NCBI RefSeq assembly: GCF_000737315.1 | Contig: NZ_JMCB01000003.1 | Location: forward strand, 806,001-870,000 | Length of the DNA: 64,000 nucleotides | Origin: Hyalangium minutum | GTDB taxonomy: Bacteria; Myxococcota; Myxococcia; Myxococcales; Myxococcaceae | Direction: 5' to 3' | Shown: positions 9,496 through 18,206 of the stretch, piece by piece | How positions within the stretch are numbered: the first letter of the stretch is position 1 | How the letters are laid out: each line of letters begins with the position of its first letter | Notes under the pieces: generated by a model | What the model was told of the DNA's origin: nothing | What the model saw: the letters and a program-made list of their open reading frames with translations, nothing else | The model's database searches: none | Made by a program: the position numbers and the translations under genes

Positions 9496-10398
9496 TCAGA
9501 GCGTGCGTGAGAGCACGAACGCCGCAGCCACGGAGAGCGCCCCTGCCGCCGAGAAGAACCCCCAGGCCCTGCGCGCCAACTGCTGCCCCGTGCCCGTCCC
9601 CTCGGTCCCGAGCACCAGCATCGCCGGCCCCCCCTGCTTCCCGCGCAGAACATACGAGCCCGGCGCGGGCCCGCGCTGCAGTGCGCCCACCACAAGGCAC
9701 GGCTCCCCGAGCTTCCCCACGCGCTCGTAGGAGAACACCTCCTCCACCGGCTTGCCCTGAACGAGCTCACCGGCCTCCGGCTCCACCAGCCGCGGATCCG
9801 TCTGGCACCGCAGCACGCGCACCGGCGCCAGCATCGTGGAAGGAGAGAAGCTCACCGCCGCCTCCGCCTTCTCACCACGCACCGTGATCAGCAGCGAATA
9901 CCCCTTCTCCTGCGAGATCAGTGAACCCTTGCGCCCCTGGTCTCCCGTGGCGCGCAGCTCCGCTTCATAGAAGGCGCACACCACCCCGCCCGGAGACGTC
10001 ACCGGCTCACTTGCCCCGAGCCGCCCCCGGTACACACCCCATCCGGGCTCTTGCCCCGCGCGCAGTTCCGCGATGGCCTCATCAATGCTCTTCGGCGCCG
10101 AGCCCCTCAGCACATCCGCACGCAGCCGGGCCCGTGACCCCAGGAGCGCCAACCCGGCCGCTAACCCCAGCAGCCCGAGCCCCATGCCCCGGCCCGCCAC
10201 ATCCGAGGACACTGTCAGCGCCGCGGGCACGGAGTCGGTGACCATTGCCAGGAAGACGGCCCCCAAGAGGCCGAACCAGACCAGCGGGAGGCGGGGCATG
10301 AACTGATGCGCATCCTTACGGCCAAACGCGAACGCCACCCCCACGAGCCCGATCAGTGCCGCACCGAACAGCGGCCCCAGCATCATCCGGACGTCCAT
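9496..10398 (-). CDS. Membrane protein of unknown function (3 N-terminal TM helices, soluble domain, C-terminal TM)
   Basis: ATG at 10398 (MDVRMMLGPLFGAALIG); hydrophobic segments; GC3-rich codon pattern. Confidence 0.75.
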   Translation of the reverse strand: MDVRMMLGPLFGAALIGLVGVAFAFGRKDAHQFMPRLPLVWFGLLGAVFLAMVTDSVPAALTVSSDVAGRGMGLGLLGLAAGLALLGSRARLRADVLRGSAPKSIDEAIAELRAGQEPGWGVYRGRLGASEPVTSPGGVVCAFYEAELRATGDQGRKGSLISQEKGYSLLITVRGEKAEAAVSFSPSTMLAPVRVLRCQTDPRLVEPEAGELVQGKPVEEVFSYERVGKLGEPCLVVGALQRGPAPGSYVLRGKQGGPAMLVLGTEGTGTGQQLARRAWGFFSAAGALSVAAAFVLSRTL

Positions 10399-10520
10399 CC
10401 CATCCCCCGCAGCTGAAGGCGTGCCGCCCCAGGCACACGCCTGCCCGTCGAGGGTGGGGATGCTCGAAGTCCCCGGCAAGGGCACCCGGGCAGCGGACCG
10501 GGCTCGGGGCGTCGCCCACT

Positions 10521-10543
10521 GGACCTTCCCGGGCGGGAGGTCC
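10521..10543 (-). terminator. Hairpin immediately after the kinase stop codon
   Basis: ggacct-tcccg-gg-cggga-ggtcc imperfect inverted repeat 3 bp past the stop at 10546. Confidence 0.35.
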
Positions 10544-10545
10544 GT

Positions 10546-12666
10546 TCACTCCTGGGCGCCGGCGACCTTGCGCTTCGGCCGATCTACCAGCATGCCCTGG
10601 ACCGTCAGGTGGCTGAAGTTGCACTCCAGGTTGCGGCAGCCGAGGGCCACCTTGCCGGCGCGCCCCTCCAGCCCGTGCAGCATCTTGTAGGCGAAGCGCA
10701 CGTTGTTCACGAACGCCTCCGCCATCACGCCGTTCTTCCTGCGCTTCAGCTGCAGGCGGACTTTGAAGGGGCCCTTCGCGGGCACCGGCATCTCGTCCGC
10801 CGTGAGGTTTTCCAGGTCCTGGGAGCTGTTGCCCACCACCTCTTCGCCATCCTCTTGGATGTAGCGCCAGGACAGGCGCATGCCCACGTCCGGAATGGCG
10901 AACGCGGACACCTGCAGATCCCTGATCCGGTACGTCAGCTCGCCGAAGTGCTGGGCATCGGGCTCTTCCAGGTAGCCCGGCCCGAGCGAGCGCACGTCCA
11001 TCTCCACCTCGGCGGTGAAGTCGTCACTGGAGAAGTATCGGTGCGCCACGTACGTGCGAGGCAGAAAGCGACCCTTGGGGCCCAGCTCGCTGCCGCCCTG
11101 CTGCACGCGCAGCGTCCCCTTCTCCAGGCGCCACGTGCCGGACCAGGCGTTCATCTCCTCCTCGCCCGGCACGAAGTCCACCGTCAGCTTGGAGAGCCCT
11201 TCCACCTTCTCGGACTTCTCCAGTTGAGAGGTGGCGTACAGCTCCGTGTCCGTGTTCGCGGGCCACGGCTTCTTGCCGGGCTTCACCGCGATGCCCGACG
11301 TGCCAATGGTAATGCCGCCCTTCTCCCCGCCTCCCACGTGAAGCTCCACCGTCCCGAACACCAGGCGCACGCCCGCAGCCAGGAGGATGAGCCCGCCCAC
11401 CACGGACAGTCCCGTGCGCACGCTGCGCCAGCCCGTGTGGAGCCGCTTCGCCACGGAGCTCGCCGCCGACTTTTCAGGCTTCGCGCCCGGCGAAGAACCG
11501 GGCGCCAGTGCCGGCCCCGAGCCCGAAGCGCCCAGCACCGCCTCGAGTGCCGCGCACACCTCACCCGCCGTCGCGTAGCGCGCATCCGGCTCATTCTCCA
11601 GCAGCCGGGCCACCACCTCATCCACGCGCGGATCCAGCCCCTGCACGCGCTCGGAGGGCATACGAAAACGGCCCACCGGCAGCTCCCCAGTGAGCACCTC
11701 GTAGGCCATGACCCCCAGCGAGAACAGATCCGCGCGCCCATCCACGTTCTTGGCATCCCGCCGCTGCTCGGGAGCCATGTAGTTGAGCGTCCCCATGGCC
11801 ACCGCCGTGGCCGTGAGGTTCAGCCGCGAGTCCGGGCGCCGGATCCCCGCCAGCCCGAAGTCCGCCACCTTCGCGTGGCCCCGGGCGTCCACCAGGATGT
11901 TCTCCGGCTTCAGATCGCGGTGGATGATCCCCTTCTCGTGCGCGTACTCGATGGCGCGCGACACCTGCAGGAGGACGCGCAGTCCCTGCTGCGCCGAGGG
12001 CCGGTTCAACCCCAGCAGCTCGCGCAGGGAGCGGCCCTCCACGTACTCCATGGCGAAGTAGTAGTGCTCGCCCGCCACCCCGCGATCGATGATCTGGATG
12101 ATGTTGGGGTGGCTGAGCGCCGCCAGCGCCGTGGCCTCCTTCTCGAAGCGCGTGACGAACTCGGGATCCTTGGCCAGCCGCGGCGGCAGCAGCTTCACCG
12201 CCACCGTGCGCTCCAGCGACCGCTGGCGCGCCAGCCACACCTCGCCCATGCCTCCCCGCCCCAGCACCTCGAGCAGTTCGTAGCCCGGCAGCTCCACCTT
12301 GCCCTGCGAGACGAACGTCCCGCCCAGGTCCACCTCCGTGGACCGCCGGGGCGACTCCTCCACCTCGGAGGCTCGCATCACCGTGGCCGAGCTGACGTCC
12401 AACTCCACCATCAGCGGCCCGCTCGGCGGCGCCACGCCTCCGCCCGGCGTCGTCGGGAGCGCCTCTTGCGGCGAGGGAACCCCACCGCCGGCCGAGGGCA
12501 GCTGCATGGCCACCATCTCAGGCATCGTCGGACGCGAGCCCACCGTGGAGACGGCGTTGCGGCGCACCTCGAAGCGGATGCCGCAGCGGCACAGCAGACG
12601 CTGGCCGCTCACGTACACACTCACATCGTGCGTGCGCGCGCAGTTGGGGCAAGCCTGGGTGATCAT
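10546..12666 (-). CDS. Ser/Thr protein kinase with N-terminal zinc ribbon, TM helix and C-terminal extracytoplasmic beta-sandwich-like domain
   Basis: CPNC...CRCG; LGRGGMGEV, VAVK, HRDLKPENIL, DFG, GTLNYMAPEQ; TM segment near GLSVVGGLILLAAGVRLVF. Confidence 0.93.
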   Translation of the reverse strand: MITQACPNCARTHDVSVYVSGQRLLCRCGIRFEVRRNAVSTVGSRPTMPEMVAMQLPSAGGGVPSPQEALPTTPGGGVAPPSGPLMVELDVSSATVMRASEVEESPRRSTEVDLGGTFVSQGKVELPGYELLEVLGRGGMGEVWLARQRSLERTVAVKLLPPRLAKDPEFVTRFEKEATALAALSHPNIIQIIDRGVAGEHYYFAMEYVEGRSLRELLGLNRPSAQQGLRVLLQVSRAIEYAHEKGIIHRDLKPENILVDARGHAKVADFGLAGIRRPDSRLNLTATAVAMGTLNYMAPEQRRDAKNVDGRADLFSLGVMAYEVLTGELPVGRFRMPSERVQGLDPRVDEVVARLLENEPDARYATAGEVCAALEAVLGASGSGPALAPGSSPGAKPEKSAASSVAKRLHTGWRSVRTGLSVVGGLILLAAGVRLVFGTVELHVGGGEKGGITIGTSGIAVKPGKKPWPANTDTELYATSQLEKSEKVEGLSKLTVDFVPGEEEMNAWSGTWRLEKGTLRVQQGGSELGPKGRFLPRTYVAHRYFSSDDFTAEVEMDVRSLGPGYLEEPDAQHFGELTYRIRDLQVSAFAIPDVGMRLSWRYIQEDGEEVVGNSSQDLENLTADEMPVPAKGPFKVRLQLKRRKNGVMAEAFVNNVRFAYKMLHGLEGRAGKVALGCRNLECNFSHLTVQGMLVDRPKRKVAGAQE

Positions 12667-14309
12667 GCGTCACGGACAACGGTGCGCTCCGAGCCCGTGA
12701 CTCGGAACGTCTTGACACCCTTCTCCCGGCCCTTCACCTGCATCACCGGGAGCTCTTGCGCGAAGAACCCGGGCCCAGCCTTCTCGATCGTCGTCCCCGT
12801 GGCCAGCAGCTCCCCGGACTTGGCCAGGCCGCACAGGCGCGAGGCCGTGTTCACCGTGTCGCCAATGGCGGTGAACTCGTGGCGCTCCACGCTGCCCATG
12901 TAGCCCACGACCGCCTGGCCGGTGTTGATGCCGATGCCCACCTCGATGGGCTTCTTGCCCTGGGACTTGCGCTTCTCGTTCAGCTCGTCCACCGCGTCCA
13001 TCATCTCCAGCGCCGCCTGCAGCGCGCGCGCCGGATCGTCCGGGTGGGTCAGCGGAGGGCCCCACACGGCCATCACGCAGTCGCCGATGAACTTGTCCAG
13101 GTTGCCCTCGTGGCGGAACACCACGTTGGCCATGGCGGTGAAGAACTCGTTGAGCATCTCCACCACTGCCTGCGGAGACTCGTTCTCCGCCAGCGTGGTA
13201 AAGCCACGGATGTCCGCGAACAGGCACGAGACTTCCGCCATCTTGCTCTGCGCCAAGCCCTCGGTCTCACCCTTGATCACCGCGTCCGCCACCGCCTTGG
13301 ACAGGAAGCGGCTGAGCTCGGCACGGGTAATGGCCTCGGCGCGGATCTGCTCGGCCAGCGCCACGTTCTCCAGGGCGATACCCGCCTGCGCGGCGATGCC
13401 CGTGAGGATCGCCAGGTCGTTCTCGGAGAAGGCGTTGATGCGCTGGCGGCTGTCCAGGAACAGCACTGCCTTGATGGCGCCGTTGACGGTCAGCGGCACC
13501 GCCATGGCGGAGCGGATGCCCTGCGCCACGATGCTCTCGGCGGCCGAGAAGCGCTCGTCGATGACGGCGTCCGCGGTGAGCACCGCCTTGCCCGTCTCCA
13601 CCACGCGCCGCAGCACCGTGTCCGACAGCACCACATTCATCGCCCGGCCCTGGCGGTGGTGCACCACCTCGGTCTCGAAGGTGCCGTCCGACTGGGGCGT
13701 GAGGATGACGCCGTTGTCCGCGGGCAGCAGATCGAACGCCACCCCGAGGATCTGATCGAACAGCTCTTGCTGCGTGCTGGCCAGGCTCACCTGACGGTGG
13801 AACTCGTGGGCGATGCGCAGCTTCTCGTAGTCGCGGCGCAGGGCCTCCATGTCGCTCAGCTCGCCCGCGGGGCGGAAGTTCTGCGGGCCCTGGTCCATCT
13901 GCGCCAGGAACGCCGGCACCGAGCGCGGGTTGGCCACCACCGTCACCCCGGCAGGCGCCGCCGGCACCGAGGGCGCATCCCCCGCGTGGAAGGTGAACTT
14001 GGAGCTGCCCAGGGAGATCTCATCCCCATCCCGCAGCCGCATCTCCTTCACCCGGCGCCCGTTCACGAAGGTGCCGTTGGAGGAGTTCAGGTCTCGAAGG
14101 ATGAAGTCACGCCCGGCCTGTTCGATGACGGCGTGCTCCTTGGAGACCTCGCGGTCCACCAGGCGCAGCGTGTTGGCCGGATGGCGGCCCAGCGTCGTCT
14201 TGGGCCCGAGCGGGAACTCCCCGAGCGTGCCATCCGCGAACATGCCCGTGAGGCGAGGTCCGCGCAGGGTCTTGGGCTGGGCCGGGGAAGGGACAGAAGC
14301 TTGAGTCAC
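12663..14309 (-). CDS. FHA-GAF-class III adenylyl cyclase
   Basis: FHA (LGRHPANTL...VSKEHA...DLNSSNGTFVNG), GAF (GIRSAMAVPL...LFLDS), cyclase FADIRGFT, DKFIGDCVMA, FTAIGDTVNTASRL (Lys/Thr pattern of class IIIb ATP-specific cyclases). Confidence 0.92.
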   Translation of the reverse strand: MTQASVPSPAQPKTLRGPRLTGMFADGTLGEFPLGPKTTLGRHPANTLRLVDREVSKEHAVIEQAGRDFILRDLNSSNGTFVNGRRVKEMRLRDGDEISLGSSKFTFHAGDAPSVPAAPAGVTVVANPRSVPAFLAQMDQGPQNFRPAGELSDMEALRRDYEKLRIAHEFHRQVSLASTQQELFDQILGVAFDLLPADNGVILTPQSDGTFETEVVHHRQGRAMNVVLSDTVLRRVVETGKAVLTADAVIDERFSAAESIVAQGIRSAMAVPLTVNGAIKAVLFLDSRQRINAFSENDLAILTGIAAQAGIALENVALAEQIRAEAITRAELSRFLSKAVADAVIKGETEGLAQSKMAEVSCLFADIRGFTTLAENESPQAVVEMLNEFFTAMANVVFRHEGNLDKFIGDCVMAVWGPPLTHPDDPARALQAALEMMDAVDELNEKRKSQGKKPIEVGIGINTGQAVVGYMGSVERHEFTAIGDTVNTASRLCGLAKSGELLATGTTIEKAGPGFFAQELPVMQVKGREKGVKTFRVTGSERTVVRDA

Positions 14310-14453
14310 GCGACAGACCTCACCGGTGGGACACTATCAGACGCACTCGCCCCGGGGGAACGGCTGCTGGACCGGCCCCTCTCCGCCCCCCCACATGCCC
14401 GAGCAACCGGGCAGACTCAACAGGTATTCGAGAAATCTCCTAGGGTTATCGGC

Positions 14454-15389
14454 CTAAAGCGCCTGAGGTTGCGGGGCTTGCGGGGCCTGCTCCACCGGCC
14501 GCTGGGGCGCCGGATTCCGGAAGGCGATGCCCACCGACGGGTAGAGGGTGACGCCCCCCAGGTTCCTTCTCTGTCCGAACACCTCGGGCTTGCAGAAGTT
14601 ATAACCGCCCGTGATCTCGGCGAAGACGTGGACGTACTTGTAGCCCAGCGAGACGCCGAAGGTGGAGCCGACGAACTCGCTCTTCACCCGGGCCGGCAGG
14701 CCCACGTCGAACCCCGTCACGTCCTTCCCCTGGTCGGCGAAGTTGATGAGCTTCTCGTCCAGCTTGGTGCGGCTGAGGACGTACTTGGGAGCGGCGTAGA
14801 GCCGGAGGATGTCGCCGAAGTCCGTGCTGACATAGAGCGGGATCTCCACGTCCCAGCGGGAGAAGTCGTCGATCTGGACGATCTCCAGCACGTCCAGCAC
14901 CGGGCTCTTGAAGAGGTGGCGGGAGCCCGCCAGCCCGAGCGCCACGTCGAAGGAACGGCGCTGATTCTCGGGCACCTCGGGCCCGTCTCCGGCGTGGACG
15001 AAGCGCACCTTGGTATCCAGGCGCCAGGAGATGCCGCTGTAACGCAGGCCCACATCCCAGTCGTCCGCCAGGCCCGCGCGAAGCGCGAACTCATGGACCA
15101 CGCCCGGGGGAGCCACGGCCAGGGCGAGGCCCGCCGAGAGAATCTGCTGCTGCTGCTCCTGCGTGAGGTTGACCTTCTCGCCGTTCTCGACCTGCTTCTT
15201 GAGGCGTTTGCCCTCCTGGATGGCGATGTCCACCACGTCGACGATCTGCCCGGCGGGGACGAAGGCGCCTGCTCCCAGGGAGACTTGGAACTGCCCCCGC
15301 GTCAGCGGCTTCGCCGTCTGCAGGGTGGAGAGGTTGGAGGCACAGCCCGTCACCAGAGCCAACGCGAGCAGCGGAGGAAGGTATCGCAT
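14454..15389 (-). CDS. Lipoprotein, possible outer-membrane beta-barrel-like protein
   Basis: ATG at 15389; lipobox VTGC; alternating beta-strand patterns (WDVGLRYS, FGVSLGY, YPSVGIAF). Confidence 0.75.
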   Translation of the reverse strand: MRYLPPLLALALVTGCASNLSTLQTAKPLTRGQFQVSLGAGAFVPAGQIVDVVDIAIQEGKRLKKQVENGEKVNLTQEQQQQILSAGLALAVAPPGVVHEFALRAGLADDWDVGLRYSGISWRLDTKVRFVHAGDGPEVPENQRRSFDVALGLAGSRHLFKSPVLDVLEIVQIDDFSRWDVEIPLYVSTDFGDILRLYAAPKYVLSRTKLDEKLINFADQGKDVTGFDVGLPARVKSEFVGSTFGVSLGYKYVHVFAEITGGYNFCKPEVFGQRRNLGGVTLYPSVGIAFRNPAPQRPVEQAPQAPQPQAL

Positions 15390-15453
15390 GGGCTCGAACG
15401 TTATGTGCTTCCAGGCTCTGTTGTCAGGGGGCTTCAACTGCTAAGGGAGCCGC

Positions 15454-17004
15454 GTGCGAATCAAGCAAAAGCCCGAGGACTTCTCCGTCAAGGAGTCCTA
15501 CCGTTTCGATGAAGTCCCCAGTGGGCGCTACCGCGTCTACCTCATGGACAAGCAGAAGCTGTCCACCTTCGATGCGGTGGACCGCATCCGCGACGCGTTC
15601 GGCCTGAAGCCGGGCTCCATCAGCTTCTGCGGCCTCAAGGACAAGCAGGGCCGCACCGAGCAGCTGATCGCCGTGGAAGCGGCGGACGTGGACGTGCAGG
15701 AGCCCAACCTTCGCCTGAAGTACCTGGGGCGCACGGACAAGCCCCTGTCTGCCGCCAACATCACCTCCAACCGCTTCGCCGTCACCGTGCGCTCGCTGGA
15801 GGAGTCCACCCTGGGCCCGCTCAACGTGGCCGCCGCCGAGGTGAACCGCCTGGGCGTGGTGAACTACTTCGACAGCCAGCGCTTCGGCTCGCTCAAGCAC
15901 GGCCAGGGCTTCATCGCCAAGGATCTCATCCGCGGCGACTTCGAGGCCGCGCTGAAGAATTACTTCGCCAAGCCCTCGGAGCTGGACCGGTCCGAGGACG
16001 CCAAGGTGAAGCAGTTCTGGCGGGAGAACTGGGGCCGCTGGGACGCGCGCGTGCCCTTCGAGGGCTCCAAGAAGTACCACCGCATCCTGCGCAGCCTGCG
16101 CGACCACCCGGACGACTATCTGCGCGCCTTCCTGCAGATCGACGCGGACTACCGGGCGATGCTGCTGTTCACCTTCCAGAGCTACCTGTGGAACGAGGGC
16201 GTGCGGCGCTACCTGCAGCTGCTGCTGCCGCGTGAGCACCTCTTCCCCCTGCGCTACCAGGCCGGCACGCTGCTGTTCCACCGCGAGGCCAGCCCCGAGG
16301 TGCTGCGCATCCTGCGCGAGGCCACCTTCCCGCTGCTCGCGCCGGACTCCACCTTCAAGGATCCCAAGGTGGAGGAGGCCGCGAACTGGGCGCTCGGGCG
16401 CGAGAAGATCACGCTCAAGGACCTGGCCATCCAGAAGTCGCGGCTGCTCTACTTCCGGCACGAGGAGCGCCCCGTGCTGAGCTTCCCGCACAAGCTGGTG
16501 CTCGGGCGGCCCATGCCGGACGAGCTCAACCGGGGCTCCATCAAGGTGAACGTCGCCTTCACCCTGCCCCCCGGCGCCTACGCCACGCTCGTGGTGAAGC
16601 GGCTGTTCCACTTCTCCTGGCGCGAGGACACCGCCGACGAGATCCGCGCCAGCCAGCGCCCCCGGCTCACGGAGACGCTCGAGCGCGAGTCCTCTCAGGC
16701 CCCTGGCCGGCGTCCTCGCGGCGATTCGGAGCGGAGCGCTCCCGCGCCCCGGAAGTACGGGGCCCTGGAGTTCGGGGGTCCTGCCAAGCGGTCTCAAGGA
16801 GCCCCCGAGCGCGGCGCGGGTGGGCGCTCCAGGACTGCCGAGGCGTCCCCGCAGACTCGCGAGCCAGCCCCCGCCCAGACGCCCGCCGAGCCCCGCCCAC
16901 CGCCTCCGGGCTTCCGGGAGCAACAGCGCGCCAAGAAGGAGGCCAAGGCCCAGGCCCGCAAGGACATGGCGGCCAAGCCTTCGAAATCACAGAAGAAAAA
17001 GTAG
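15454..17004 (+). CDS. truD: tRNA pseudouridine(13) synthase TruD with charged C-terminal extension
   Basis: IKQKPEDFSVKE, FCGLKDKQGRTEQ (catalytic Asp), NYFDSQRFG, FQSYLWN, FTLPPGAYAT. Confidence 0.93.
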   Translation: MRIKQKPEDFSVKESYRFDEVPSGRYRVYLMDKQKLSTFDAVDRIRDAFGLKPGSISFCGLKDKQGRTEQLIAVEAADVDVQEPNLRLKYLGRTDKPLSAANITSNRFAVTVRSLEESTLGPLNVAAAEVNRLGVVNYFDSQRFGSLKHGQGFIAKDLIRGDFEAALKNYFAKPSELDRSEDAKVKQFWRENWGRWDARVPFEGSKKYHRILRSLRDHPDDYLRAFLQIDADYRAMLLFTFQSYLWNEGVRRYLQLLLPREHLFPLRYQAGTLLFHREASPEVLRILREATFPLLAPDSTFKDPKVEEAANWALGREKITLKDLAIQKSRLLYFRHEERPVLSFPHKLVLGRPMPDELNRGSIKVNVAFTLPPGAYATLVVKRLFHFSWREDTADEIRASQRPRLTETLERESSQAPGRRPRGDSERSAPAPRKYGALEFGGPAKRSQGAPERGAGGRSRTAEASPQTREPAPAQTPAEPRPPPPGFREQQRAKKEAKAQARKDMAAKPSKSQKKK

Positions 17005-17075
17005 GAAACCCGGGTGGGCGAAAATAGGCTCACCCCTGGGCGCAATGGGGGGACCCATGCTGCGTAGACCAGGGC

Positions 17076-17699
17076 GTGAACGCACTCACACTCAACCCCC
17101 TTGGGGATCTCGTCCAGGCCATCGGGTCACTGATGGCTGAGGAGGCCCCATCGCTTCCTTGGAAGGCGGACGTGCAGGCCGCCCGCCGGGGTGACCCGAA
17201 CGCCTTCGAGGCCTTGGTGCGCAGCGTCCAGCGCCCGGTCTACGGTCTGGCGCTCCGGCTGCTCAACAGCGAGGCGGAGGCGGCCGAGGTCGCCCAGGAG
17301 GCCTTCCTGCGCGCCTACCAGAACCTGCACCGCTATGATGAGGGCCGGCCGTTCGATCTGTGGGTAATGGCCATCACCCGCAACCTGTGCCTAGACCTGC
17401 TGCGGCGTCGCACCAAGGTGCGCACCGAGGAACTGGAGCCCATGAAAGAGGTGCTCCCCAGCAATGAGGCCTCCCTGGAAGAAGGCGCGATCGCGCGCCA
17501 GGAGCGCCAGTCGCTCGAGGAGGCCATGGCCACCCTGTCCGCCGATGACCGGGAAGTGCTGGCGCTCTATTACGTACAGAAGCGGACCACGAAGGAGATC
17601 GCCCAGATTCTCGGCTGCGCGCCTGGCACCATCATGGCGCGCCTGTTCCGGGCCCGGGAGAAGCTCCGCAAGAAGATGACAACGGAGGAGCCCACATGA
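17076..17699 (+). CDS. ECF RNA polymerase sigma factor
   Basis: sigma2 AEVAQEAFLRAY...WVMAITRNLCLD; sigma4 TTKEIAQILGCAPGTIMARLFRAR. Start could be ATG 17133. Confidence 0.93.
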   Translation: MNALTLNPLGDLVQAIGSLMAEEAPSLPWKADVQAARRGDPNAFEALVRSVQRPVYGLALRLLNSEAEAAEVAQEAFLRAYQNLHRYDEGRPFDLWVMAITRNLCLDLLRRRTKVRTEELEPMKEVLPSNEASLEEGAIARQERQSLEEAMATLSADDREVLALYYVQKRTTKEIAQILGCAPGTIMARLFRAREKLRKKMTTEEPT

Positions 17700-18199
17700 C
17701 TCCGAACCCGTGCCCGGATCTTGAGGTGCTGTTCACCGAGCTGGAGGCCGGCAAGGGCCCCGCGCTGGATCACGCCGCCACCTGCCCGCTGTGCAGCGCC
17801 GTCCTCGAGGAGCACCGCCAGCTGGAGAAGGATCTCTACCGGCTGGCCGATCCGCTCCCGCCTCCCACCCTGGTGGCCAACGTCATGGCGCGGGTGGCCA
17901 CCGAGCCCACGCCTCTGCGACGCGAGCTGTGGGCGGGCATTCCCATCCTCGCGGCGTCGCTCCTGGTGGGGCTGGGATTGCTGATCACCAATGATCGGGC
18001 GCTGTCCCGGCTGGGCTCGGCGCTGGCGGCGCTGTTCACGGATGGCCGGGTGCTGCTGCAGGGGCTCTCTAGCGGCGCGAACGCGATCTGGAACACCGCG
18101 GCCGCTCCGGTGGCCGGCATCCTCGTTCTCTTGCTGATCGTCTCCCTGTCGGGCCTCAAGCGGCTCGTAGGCGATGGCCCGAACCCTTCGCAGGCGTGA
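17696..18199 (+). CDS. ZAS-type anti-sigma factor with C-terminal TM helices
   Basis: HAATCPLC (HxxxCxxC); 4-bp overlap with the sigma gene; two hydrophobic segments. Confidence 0.85.
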   Translation: MTPNPCPDLEVLFTELEAGKGPALDHAATCPLCSAVLEEHRQLEKDLYRLADPLPPPTLVANVMARVATEPTPLRRELWAGIPILAASLLVGLGLLITNDRALSRLGSALAALFTDGRVLLQGLSSGANAIWNTAAAPVAGILVLLLIVSLSGLKRLVGDGPNPSQA

Positions 18200-18206
18200 G
18201 TGCACC

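Noticed and set aside
10402-10408. GGGGGAU just before the 10398 start codon as a base-pairing target of the sRNA loop
   Set aside because: Only a 7-nt complement in GC-rich DNA; not significant without an IntaRNA/CopraRNA conservation test.
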